Counted from the stretch's first letter, positions 18,886 through 26,875 are shown. The stretch: 32,000 bases of DNA from Flavobacteriaceae bacterium (GCA_965224465.1 OZ245049.1:360001-392000); one strand, 5' to 3'. Numbers and translations are program-made. The notes: a model not told the origin generated them from the sequence alone.

Positions 18886-19556
18886 TCACTTATCTTTGGT
18901 TTAGCAAGAAGTAGCAATAAACTATACACTTTGCTACACTAAACACCTACGGTGTAGCTTTCGTTGCGAACCATTAACTTCTGTGTTATTAATTTAAAAT
19001 TTAAATAACATGAAAAACACAGAAGAAAACAGCCGTATTGCAACAGAAGTAAAGGTAGTAAAAATAGAAGTAGCAAACTTGGTTCGTATTTATGAAAATA
19101 GGTTGATAGTTGCTAGTAAATCAGATCAAACTATTCGGAATTATGTGCGTGGGCTCGTAAAACTATATGAATTTCACGATAAAGACCCCAAGGAATTGAA
19201 TTGGCGTAGCATCAAGCTGTATGTTGCAGAATTGCGATACTACTATCAGGAAATACTAGAAAATGTATCTTTAGCACAGAAAATTCCCTATTCCAAAGAA
19301 AAACCAATTTCACCCTTAACTATTAGGCGGGAGGAGTTAAATTGTTGTTTGAAAGCTGTATTAATTATAAGTACAAGGTGATATTTCGCTTGTTGTATTC
19401 CTGTGGTATTCGAAGATCTGAACTAGTGCATTTAAAGATACATGATATTGAAACAAAGGATGGGAAAATGTGGATTAGAATTAACAAAGGGAAAGGGTCA
19501 AAAGACCGGTATGTTTATATTAACCCAAAAGTATACCACTATTTTAATCGCTAGGT
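18886..19556 (+). mobile_element. 5' portion of a tyrosine-recombinase/IS91-type composite element (truncated)
   Basis: A ~125-bp leader is shared with 25211-25344, including the hairpin CTACAC..GTGTAG and the 10-bp IR CTTCTGTGTT/AACACAGAAG around the ATG. The degraded recombinase gene follows. Confidence 0.6.
19010..19554 (+). pseudogene. tyrosine recombinase (phage-integrase family), frameshifted and 3'-truncated
   Basis: Two overlapping ORFs (19010-19381 and 19342-19554) together read SDQTIRNYVRGL...YVAELRYYYQEILEN...INYKYKVIFRLLYSCGIRRSELVHLKIHDIETKDGKMWIRINKGKGSKDRY. The catalytic C-terminal half (H-x-x-R, Y) is missing. Confidence 0.75.
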
Positions 19557-19571
19557 GTTTGTGTGCCGTTT
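19557..19571 (-). other. R''-like half-site (GTTTGTGTGCC) abutting the stop at 19572, cut off by the recombinase element
   Basis: Its 9 nt TTGTGTGCC (19559-19567) are the exact complement of GGCACACAA (20359-20367) at the other end of the same ORF block. Confidence 0.45.
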
Positions 19572-20339
19572 TTAATTTGGCCCATCAATTATTGGTTCAG
19601 GATTTAAATTAAATTTATTAGTTTTTTTATCATAAGTAACTATCATGTATCCACCCACTCGTCCAATATTATTCCAAATAATTATTTTTCTTGTTTTTGT
19701 ATTTACTACTTCTACATTGTCGTATATGATAGTCTTGACATTTCCTGTTTGACTTTCAATTTCAGAAAAGTCAATTGTTTGAAAAATTTTATTGTCTCTC
19801 TTCTGAATTATTTTTAAGGAATTCATTTGTGCTCTTCTGTCTTCTTCTAATTTTGAATAGTTCCCTACAAAATAAAAGTCAGATAAGGAATTTGTTTGTA
19901 GAATTTCTATGTTTGAATATTCATTTTTGTCTGTTGTGTCTATTAGTTGAGAAACAAAATCTAAGTGTAAGATTAATCTCTTATTTGTAGATAAATTTTT
20001 CCAGATTCCTGATATTTTACTTTTCGAAAAGTCAAACTCAAAAATTGCAGAATATTTGTTGTTAGAGATTTCATATAACAATGCTTTATTATTTTTAAAA
20101 TTAATTTTCCCCTCAAGTCTAATTGGAGTATTGTATTTATCATATTTGTAAACTCCAATAACATTAAAATCTCTTTTTTCCTGTTCTCCAAAATATCCTT
20201 GTCTAACTTGAATAGATAGAGTAATTGGATATTTATCTATTGTTCCTTTGAAATTATAACATTCATACCAACCCGCGTAAATTTTTGTAAAGCTAAAGCA
20301 GATAAAAAAAAGTAAAATTACGGATGTTTTCTTTGTCAT
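19572..20339 (-). CDS. hypothetical secreted protein
   Basis: 255 aa with an N-terminal signal peptide (MTKKTSVILLFFICFSFTKIYA). I recognise no domain. Confidence 0.7.
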   Translation of the reverse strand: MTKKTSVILLFFICFSFTKIYAGWYECYNFKGTIDKYPITLSIQVRQGYFGEQEKRDFNVIGVYKYDKYNTPIRLEGKINFKNNKALLYEISNNKYSAIFEFDFSKSKISGIWKNLSTNKRLILHLDFVSQLIDTTDKNEYSNIEILQTNSLSDFYFVGNYSKLEEDRRAQMNSLKIIQKRDNKIFQTIDFSEIESQTGNVKTIIYDNVEVVNTKTRKIIIWNNIGRVGGYMIVTYDKKTNKFNLNPEPIIDGPN

Positions 20340-20358
20340 AATGATTGCTGTTTTTTAT

Positions 20359-20440
20359 GGCACACAACGCTTGCGCTATGCCAAGTGGGCTTGTGTTGCG
20401 CCTGCGGCAAGCACATTTGGTATAACGACTGTTGTGCATA
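20359..20440 (-). other. attC-like imperfect palindrome (best example)
   Basis: GGCACACAAC-GCTTG-CGCTATGCCAAGTGGGCTTG-TGTTGCGCCTGCGG-CAAGCACATTTGGTATAACG-ACT-GTTGTGCATA. Outer boxes are CACAAC/GTTGTG. The ~19-bp inner arms have mismatches and bulges. GC content is well above the AT-rich surroundings, and the site fills the gap between two minus-strand ORF blocks. Confidence 0.6.
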
Positions 20441-20453
20441 GTTGTTTTTAAAA

Positions 20454-20570
20454 TGGTGTGAAGCAGGGGACTCGAACCCCTTTAACCCTCAGTCCTAATA
20501 AAGTTTAATTTTCGTCAGTTACTAATATTCCAAAGCAAAGGCTCCATTCTTCACACGAGGGTCGCTTCAC
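20454..20570 (-). ncRNA. tRNA-like element (canonical T-arm + acceptor 3' strand + CCA; no cloverleaf)
   Basis: The minus strand reads ...AGGGG-TTCGAGT-CCCCT-GCTTCAC-A-CCA (20481-20454). The complementary 5' strand GTGAAGC is at 20570-20564. A second closing helix is CCCTC (20561-20557) / GAGGG (20490-20486). The 66-nt AT-rich interior cannot form D or anticodon arms. Confidence 0.35.
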
Positions 20571-20714
20571 GAATAATCATTTTCAATTTTTCCATAATTA
20601 CAGATTTTATCAGTTCTACAAACACTATTGCTAATGCGAAGAATAGAAATTGACTTAGGTCAAATAGATAACTGGTTACTAATTCTACTTTGTTACATAG
20701 GCTCTTAAATATCT

Positions 20715-21548
20715 TTAGAACGGTAAATCTTCCCAATCTACCGTTTCTGTTTCTTCTTTTTTATTTTCTTGTTCTATTGTCTTTTCAATGGTTTCAATAA
20801 ATTTTATCGAGTTAGTAACATTATTAAATATTAAAACACTTTCAGAGTAATTCAAAATTTGATTGTCGTGAGCAAAACTTCTATTGTTTCTAATGTCATT
20901 AAATGCTTCTATGACGTGGATAGAATATTTTAAAATTCTTTCAGTCATTTGAGATTCGATTTTCTCATTTGCCACAATGAACTTTACATATTTACCAAAT
21001 ATTGCATTTAGTGATTCTGCTTTTTTAATTTCAATCTTATGACTTTCACATAATTGACGGATAAATTTCATTACATATGTATGCAATCTATCTAAAGCAA
21101 CTTCAGGTTCATTTTTATCTATACTTTCTCGGATAGATTTGGCAAGTAAACTAAAGTCTCTATCATCAGAAACTTCCTTAATTACACCAATTTCTTCAAT
21201 AATTGTATCCTCTAATAATTTTCCTGCTATTTTTTGACACTCGTCAAATAGATTTTGCTCTGGTTGAGTTATTTCTCCATAAGACATAAGTTTTTTGTCC
21301 TTCCAATAATCGAGCATTTCAGAGGTTAATTTCCCTACTGTATAGTTTTTTTCTTTATGCCAAATTGCTCTTAGTCTGTTGGCTTTAGAATCTCCAAAAT
21401 CAGAGTAATTATCTGAATAGAATTCTAAATTCAATGTTTCAAAGACAAAATTACTTAAAGTCCTATTTGAAAAATCAAGTACATAACCGCCTTCCATTTC
21501 AAAGAACTTTTCTAATTTCAATTTTTCACTTCTATTTAGGTCTGCCAT
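20715..21548 (-). CDS. AbiJ-like abortive-infection protein with C-terminal HEPN (Abi_C) domain
   Basis: I prefer ATG 21548 (MADLNRSEK...) to the track start at 21575, which lies inside the attC-like box. The N-terminal GYVLDFSNRTLSNFV...GDSKANRLRAIW resembles AbiJ N-terminal domains. The C-terminal IRNNRSFAHDN fits the HEPN Rx4-6H motif. Confidence 0.72.
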   Translation of the reverse strand: MADLNRSEKLKLEKFFEMEGGYVLDFSNRTLSNFVFETLNLEFYSDNYSDFGDSKANRLRAIWHKEKNYTVGKLTSEMLDYWKDKKLMSYGEITQPEQNLFDECQKIAGKLLEDTIIEEIGVIKEVSDDRDFSLLAKSIRESIDKNEPEVALDRLHTYVMKFIRQLCESHKIEIKKAESLNAIFGKYVKFIVANEKIESQMTERILKYSIHVIEAFNDIRNNRSFAHDNQILNYSESVLIFNNVTNSIKFIETIEKTIEQENKKEETETVDWEDLPF

Positions 21549-21563
21549 TCGGTTTTTCTCAAT

Positions 21564-21650
21564 TACGCACAACACCCGTATATCATCAATAAACTTCCAA
21601 AACTTGACGTTATTTCCGTTATCTCTATAATAGTTTCGGGTTGTGTGTTG
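21564..21650 (-). other. attC-like site (outer boxes good, interior poorly paired)
   Basis: TACGCACAACACCCG ... CGGGTTGTGTG is an 11-bp inverted repeat with 2 mismatches, separated by ~60 AT-rich nt. Confidence 0.35.
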
Positions 21651-21767
21651 TTTTTTTGTTAAAAGTATTCAAATTTTTTAAATTTTCAAGCGGTCCAACG
21701 ATTTTTTTATTGTTTATTTCGATGGTCTTGGTGTATATCTCTGTGGTTTTTGGAGAAGCAGGCTTAA

Positions 21768-21926
21768 CACCAATTACAATCCAAAATGACAGATATAAAT
21801 AGTTTATTTTACGTTCTAGTGTTGTTGAAAAATAGAACTATAACTAAGGCTATCCTTAGATTTTTCGCCTAGCTAAAACAAAAAATAATTTCATTTCTAA
21901 ACTGTCACTTGGAAATATATTTGGTG
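21768..21926. mobile_element. MITE copy (full length, reference copy)
   Basis: The TIRs are CACCAATTACAATCCAAAATGACAG / CTGTCACTTGGAAATATATTTGGTG, and there is an internal hairpin CTAAGG-CTAT-CCTTAG. Confidence 0.75.
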
Positions 21927-22180
21927 TAAGAGGACTTTTTAGATTCAATAAGAAGTTGCTTTATAACCTATTGTTTATGTGTGTAAAAGAGACGCTGTTT
22001 GAGTTTTCGTTGGACAAACGACAAAAGATGGAAGCCAAGCCCGGTTTGATAACCATTCTCCATACATGGAATCAAAAAATGCAGTATCACCCACATATTC
22101 ATTGTATTATTCCCAGCGGAGGTATCAACGAAAAAGGGGAATGGAAAACGTGTAAGGGGCCCGTAATTATGTTGGTTTAG
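21927..22180 (+). pseudogene. IS91-family (Y2 HUH) transposase internal fragment
   Basis: ...LITILHTWNQKMQYHPHIHCIIPSGGINEKGEWK matches the conserved HTW..L..HPH.HC..P.GG core. It starts exactly at the MITE end and loses homology after ~75 codons. Confidence 0.7.
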
Positions 22181-22374
22181 TTCTATGAATGCCAACATAT
22201 TTACAGGAGCCATAGTGTTTCTTATAGACTACGTTTTTGGTCTAACATAATTAAAACAAGCATATTAAAAGATGTATTTTTCCTTTTTAAGTCCATTTGA
22301 TTTTTTACAGAGTTGTAGTGTATTTCCGAACGGTATTCTAAAATATGGTTTTTTTACCCCTTGCTATTTTTGCC

Positions 22375-23499
22375 TTATTTTGATTTGTAAAAAGCTTCTA
22401 AAGTCGTTAAAAAAGAAGCTCCTAAAGCTTCTGAACGCTCTGCTGACCATCCTTTTGTTGCATCAGGAAGGTTGTTATTATCTTTAAAAGGCATTTCTAA
22501 AGTAAAAGAAAGTGTTTTGAAAAGTTCTCCAATCTGTTTAGAACAAATCGCTAAGTTTGCCTTTTGTGGAAGGTTATCTTCATATTTATATACATCTTGA
22601 AATTCAGGAGTTACCGATATCCACTTATTTTTAAACCGAGTTTCTTCGGCTAAAATTTCAGGAGTAATACTTGGAATCCCTTGTAAGCTGGTTACAAAAT
22701 TATAAGGTATCGCCTCGTCACCATGTACATCTAATAAAAAATCTAAACCTGTTTCTTGCATTTTTTGTTTGCAATAAAAAACCTCTGGTTCGGTAGCCTT
22801 GTCAGGATTTTCCCAAACTCGGTTGTAATTTATCCCCAAAGTGTTTACCCGTATGTTCCCCGAAATACTTCCATCAATATTCATGTTCGGAATCAAGTAA
22901 AAACAACAGGTTTCTAATAAGCTATCCATCGTAGTATCTTTTGATATGAAACGATCTACAATTCCTTTCATAAACCATTCTGCCATACTTTCCCCTGGAT
23001 GCTGACGTGCAATTATCCAGATGTTTTTTTTATCCTCGCTCGGTTTTCCAAATTGTAAAAGTTCAATCGGTTTGTTATTTATGGTTTGCCCTAAAACAGT
23101 GGTTGTACATAATTTACTTTGACTCGATTTTTCTATTAAATCAAGATGTTGCTGATAGGTAAAAGGCGTGAAATAAGCAAAACTCACTTGTGTTTGCGTA
23201 GGTGTGATACTGAAATAAAGTTTGCCATTTTTATATTCGGTATTTTGTAAACGAAACCAATTTTTAGCGTCATAAGAAGCATTGGTATTGTAATTTTCCC
23301 AACCATCAGCAAAGGCACTTTCACTTGTGTTATTAATACAGAAATTATAGGTTTCTCCTATAATAGCATTCGTCATTTTAAAATTAAACCATTGAAAATA
23401 ATGAGAATTCGTGTCTTTACGGATGTTTAATTGTATCGTGTTTTCTTGCTGTGATACTACAATAATATTACCAGCATCTATATTTGTTGTTATTTGCAT
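22375..23499 (-). CDS. M14-family zinc carboxypeptidase (cytosolic-carboxypeptidase-like, with N-terminal beta-sandwich domain)
   Basis: 374 aa. Zn-binding is IARQHPGE (HxxE) with a later DVHGDE. There is no signal peptide. Confidence 0.8.
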   Translation of the reverse strand: MQITTNIDAGNIIVVSQQENTIQLNIRKDTNSHYFQWFNFKMTNAIIGETYNFCINNTSESAFADGWENYNTNASYDAKNWFRLQNTEYKNGKLYFSITPTQTQVSFAYFTPFTYQQHLDLIEKSSQSKLCTTTVLGQTINNKPIELLQFGKPSEDKKNIWIIARQHPGESMAEWFMKGIVDRFISKDTTMDSLLETCCFYLIPNMNIDGSISGNIRVNTLGINYNRVWENPDKATEPEVFYCKQKMQETGLDFLLDVHGDEAIPYNFVTSLQGIPSITPEILAEETRFKNKWISVTPEFQDVYKYEDNLPQKANLAICSKQIGELFKTLSFTLEMPFKDNNNLPDATKGWSAERSEALGASFLTTLEAFYKSK

Positions 23500-23621
23500 A
23501 AAGTTTTATTAGTTTAATTTTTATTTTTTTATAGATAAAATGAAACCACGTTTACATTCAGGAAGGTAAAACCCTAACAATTTATTGTGGTTATTGCATA
23601 CGGAAACGTTTAAGCGTAAGC

Positions 23622-25001
23622 TCAAAACTGGTCTGATATCATCCAATTATCTAAAGCAATTTTTTTATTTTTGGACTGCAGCCAGATTTTACTTTTTGTC
23701 AAATCCTCTATATTTACTTTAATATCAAAATACACCTCTTCTTTTGGTGTTTCTATAAAAGTAGTATATTGGTTAAATAATAACTTCTTATCAAACATAA
23801 TAGCTACCCAACGTCTTTCGTCTTTGTTATTTAATATTTTAATTCTAATTAAAACCGGTAGTGGTTTTGTAATGATTTCTTTTAAAAAATCAGCACTTCT
23901 ACTATATTGATTCAAATAAAAATCTATGATCTTAATATCTTTAAGTTCGTTAATTTCATTTGGTTTTTGGTTAATTGCAATTCCAAAAGGATATAGGCTT
24001 CTAAAACTTAAGATTTCTTCAGGACTTAATTTAGTAACCGTTCCTTTTTCAAGAATTTTAAAATCCCGATTTAAATTTTCAATACTAGTACTATCTAGTG
24101 GCGCAATTTGAGAATGGGTTTTAAAAATAGAATCCAGAGTTTGCCCTTCTACAGTATTGAAAGCTACATCAAAATAAGGGGTTAAGTGCGTATAATCAGT
24201 ATATTCTTTCTTTAATAAGTCTACATGTCCATTGGGTAATATATGAATAAGCATATCACTAATAATGAGTTGTTTTTCATAATTTTCAGCTACTTTTAAT
24301 TTCTTCTGGTCAATGGGAAAGAGGTCTTTATAAAACTTATTTTCTAAAACGGAATACCATGACAGTTCAAAAGTATCAAAACCAATAGGAATTAACGTGT
24401 CTGTGGAATTCGTATAATACCGCTGACTATACATATATTCGTACGGTTCGGTGAAACCTTCTATTTCAGAAACTTTTCTATAATTTTCGTGAAACCTAGC
24501 GCAAAAAGAAGCCGTTTTTTTTCTTTTAGAATCTATAAATTTTATACAGTCTATTAGTATCGGAAAATCTTTGTCATGTGCTATTATAATATTACTACTA
24601 TAATGTTTTCTTTGTGTTTGATATAAGTAATAAGCGCTACTAATAGATAAATACATCGGATAGCCTAACAATATAATCCCCCATATTAATAATTTAATTT
24701 TATAGCCTTCTACACTATGAGCAACTTGGCTAAAGCTAAAAGAGCCGTAAGCTATAAAGGCATAAAAAGCAGTAATAGTGAGAAACTTCAGAATCATATC
24801 CGTATTTAGACGTATAGCAATATTGCTATTGGAAAAGGACTTCCCTAGCGCATTTGCGTAAACAAACAAATAACAAGTAATAAGCGTTAGAATTATAGCG
24901 GAAGTGGTTACTCCTATTGTACCACCAAAATAAGCAGCAGGAAAAAGAAACAACAAACCAATGCCAATCATAATTAGTAACGTAGCAAGGAAATCAGACA
25001 T
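23622..25001 (-). CDS. hypothetical multi-pass membrane protein with large soluble C-terminal domain
   Basis: 459 aa. About 4 hydrophobic helices lie in the first 125 aa, followed by ~330 aa with no motif I recognise. Confidence 0.7.
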   Translation of the reverse strand: MSDFLATLLIMIGIGLLFLFPAAYFGGTIGVTTSAIILTLITCYLFVYANALGKSFSNSNIAIRLNTDMILKFLTITAFYAFIAYGSFSFSQVAHSVEGYKIKLLIWGIILLGYPMYLSISSAYYLYQTQRKHYSSNIIIAHDKDFPILIDCIKFIDSKRKKTASFCARFHENYRKVSEIEGFTEPYEYMYSQRYYTNSTDTLIPIGFDTFELSWYSVLENKFYKDLFPIDQKKLKVAENYEKQLIISDMLIHILPNGHVDLLKKEYTDYTHLTPYFDVAFNTVEGQTLDSIFKTHSQIAPLDSTSIENLNRDFKILEKGTVTKLSPEEILSFRSLYPFGIAINQKPNEINELKDIKIIDFYLNQYSRSADFLKEIITKPLPVLIRIKILNNKDERRWVAIMFDKKLLFNQYTTFIETPKEEVYFDIKVNIEDLTKSKIWLQSKNKKIALDNWMISDQF

Positions 25002-25210
25002 AATGGGAAGATTGATTTTTTTCGGATATATTTTAGCGCCTTTAACATATTTACTTAATGGTAGCCAATGGTCTGTATATGAAACGTAGCATATAAAAAT
25101 ACGATAAATTTTAGGTTTATCACAGCACCAAATTTAACAATTTTCGTTTTAATTTTTCACATTTAAATTGATGAATTGTAAATTTTGTAGAATTGTTAAT
25201 AGATACAGAC

Positions 25211-25344
25211 TTTTGGGTTTAGAACTTAGCCTTTATTATTTATATTGTTGCACTAAACACCTCTGGTGTAGCTTACGTTGCGACCCCTTAACTTCTGTGT
25301 TATTCATTAAAAATTTAATAGCATGAAAAACACAGAAGAAAACA
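25211..25344 (+). repeat. second copy of the recombinase-element leader plus first ~8 codons
   Basis: Aligns with 18886-19032 at roughly 80% identity by eye. Homology ends at ...CACAGAAGAAAACA, directly next to the attC-like site. Confidence 0.7.
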
Positions 25345-25394
25345 TCTGGATGTTCATGCTGGGCGCTACGGACCGGATGAACACTTAGTTATTA
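25345..25394 (-). other. attC-like palindrome, homologue of 14141-14206
   Basis: TCTGG-ATGTTCAT-G-CTGG-GCGCTACGG-A-CCGG-ATGAACAC-TTA-GTTATTA. It overlaps the stop codon at 25392, and its distal box is replaced by the recombinase-element fragment. Confidence 0.5.
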
Positions 25395-25751
25395 TATGGC
25401 ATTTTCAATCCATTCAATTGCCTTTGTAAGTGACTCCTCTTGTTCGCATTTTACATCTGGTATTATGGAACCTTTAATTATATTTTTATCCGAGTCACAT
25501 ATAAATGTGTCACTAAAAAATAATACTGTTCCATCTGAATTGATTCCAATTATTTTAAGTCCAGTTGTCATTCCCTGAGATTCCGAACCAAATATTTTAG
25601 TGTTTCCTTGAGATTTTAAAACTATTGTAACAAATTCTCCCAGACTTGCTGTCTTAGAGTTTATCAAGACAGCTGTTTTTTTATTTTTATTTTTCAATGT
25701 ACTATCAAAATCAATGCTTTGAATCGAACCTGAATTTCCTTTAAAATAATG
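25392..25751 (-). pseudogene. C-terminal fragment of a gene interrupted by IS30 (weak S41 peptidase-like C-terminus)
   Basis: The frame stays open from the IS30 junction (HYFKGNSGSIQSIDFDSTLKNKNKKTAVLINSKTASLGEF...). VLINxxTASxGE resembles the Ser-containing strand of S41 peptidases, but other S41 motifs are absent. Confidence 0.4.
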
Positions 25752-26875
25752 CTGAATTCAAGTCACAAACGCAACTTTTAGTTAAATAATAATTGTTCCA
25801 TTACAAATATAGGGTTTTGATATTTATGTCTCTTCCTAGGTCTGTTATTTAATTTTGTTTCTACCTCTTTGATTCTTTGATCTGTTAGGTTTGTAAAGTC
25901 ACTTCCTTTGGCAAAATATTGTCTAATCAAACCATTTAAATTTTCGTTAGATCCTCTTTCCCAAGAGTGATATGGATGCGCAAAAAAGTAATCAATACAT
26001 AAATTTTCTGCAACCTGCTCATGGCCTGCAAATTCTTTTCCATTATCAGCTGTTATAGTATGTAGATAAGGCTTCCAGTCTTCTAATATTTCATTGATAG
26101 CTTTAGTGACAACAACTGCTTCTTTAGAGCTTACTTTTTTCATTTTAAGCATTCCAGAAGCTCTATCATTTACGGTAAGTATGGCTTGATTATGGTTTTT
26201 ACCTATGATTAAATCGACCTCTAAATCTCCAAATCGATTTCTTTGTTCAACAACTTCAGGGCGTTGTTCTATACTAATACGATTCTTTATAACCCCTCTA
26301 GAATCCTTTGATGAGCCACGTTTTCTATATCTCCTTCCCTGTCTGCGAAGGTGTGTATGTAAATCACCATCATTCCTCTTGTCTTCCCTAATATGCTGAT
26401 ATATACGCTCAATAGACACCGTTTCTTTACCTTGTTTTTTTAGGACACCAACTACTTGCTCAGGACTATAATCGTCTCGCAATAACAACTCTATTGCTTG
26501 TTGAATATCTTCTGTAAAGCGTTTTCTTTTAGGCTTTTCTTTATGACGTTTAGCATACTTTTTTTGGGCTAATTCATGCTTGTAAACTCCATTTCTTTTG
26601 TCTGAATTACGCTTAATCTCTTTGCTAATAACAGACTTGTCTTTTCCTATAGCAGCTGCTATCTCAACCTGTTTATAACCTTGTTTTAACATGCAACAAA
26701 TTGTGTATCTTTGCGCTTGGGTGATGTGTTTCATACAACTTCTTTTTTCGAGATTTGAGACCGTAAGATACATATCCATCAAGACAAGAAAGGTAGGTTT
26801 TCCTACTTTTCTGTTTTGAAAATATAACCATCATAGAATCAAATCGAAAAGTTGCGTTTATTAGTTGAATTTAAG
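25752..26875 (-). mobile_element. IS30-family insertion sequence (~1.12 kb)
   Basis: Imperfect ~28-bp terminal IRs CTGAATTCAAGTCACAAACGCAACTTTT (25752-) / AAAAGTTGCGTTTATTAGTTGAATTTAAG (-26875), with a single transposase ORF. Confidence 0.85.
25778..26734 (-). CDS. IS30 family transposase
   Basis: I prefer the start at MKHITQAQRY (26734). The N-terminal HTH is QGYKQVEIAAAIGKDKSVISKEIKRN, and the DDE core is DLIIG...TADNGKEF...SWERGSNEN. Confidence 0.92.
   Translation of the reverse strand: MKHITQAQRYTICCMLKQGYKQVEIAAAIGKDKSVISKEIKRNSDKRNGVYKHELAQKKYAKRHKEKPKRKRFTEDIQQAIELLLRDDYSPEQVVGVLKKQGKETVSIERIYQHIREDKRNDGDLHTHLRRQGRRYRKRGSSKDSRGVIKNRISIEQRPEVVEQRNRFGDLEVDLIIGKNHNQAILTVNDRASGMLKMKKVSSKEAVVVTKAINEILEDWKPYLHTITADNGKEFAGHEQVAENLCIDYFFAHPYHSWERGSNENLNGLIRQYFAKGSDFTNLTDQRIKEVETKLNNRPRKRHKYQNPIFVMEQLLFN

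Noticed and set aside
19010-19554. The tyrosine recombinase pseudogene as the integron integrase of the array
   Set aside because: It is a degraded copy of a multi-copy element (other pieces at 25211 and 28143, and IS91 transposase at 21927). It sits in the middle of the array rather than at the cassette-proximal end, and it lacks its catalytic half. Its family resemblance is to IS91-associated recombinases, not IntI.
20454-20545. A canonical full-length tRNA gene on the minus strand
   Set aside because: Only the T-arm, acceptor 3' strand and CCA are canonical. No GG-containing D-loop or proper D-stem exists within 73-95 nt. The only possible anticodon stem needs two G-U pairs and gives an implausible AGG anticodon. 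I report it instead as a tRNA-like element or relic.
20551-20736. 61-aa minus-strand ORF overlapping the HEPN gene stop and the tRNA-like element
   Set aside because: It overlaps the 3' end of the HEPN gene in another frame and covers the proposed RNA. Its composition is uninformative.
22169-22198. Hairpin ATGTTGG-16 nt-CCAACAT just after the IS91 fragment
   Set aside because: GTT precedes AAC on both strands, so it cannot be an attC-type site. It may be an IS91 end-like hairpin, but there is no intact copy here to compare.
22272-22487. 71-aa plus-strand ORF
   Set aside because: It is antisense to the 3' end of the M14 peptidase gene and low in complexity.
23547-23610. Nested inverted repeats (ACGTTT...AAACGT, CTAACAAT/ATTGTGGTTA) between the M14 gene and the membrane-protein gene, as a possible attC-like site
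   Set aside because: There are no CACAAC/GTTGTG-type outer boxes in the right order, the AAC and GTT elements are only ~10 nt apart, and the region is not GC-enriched.
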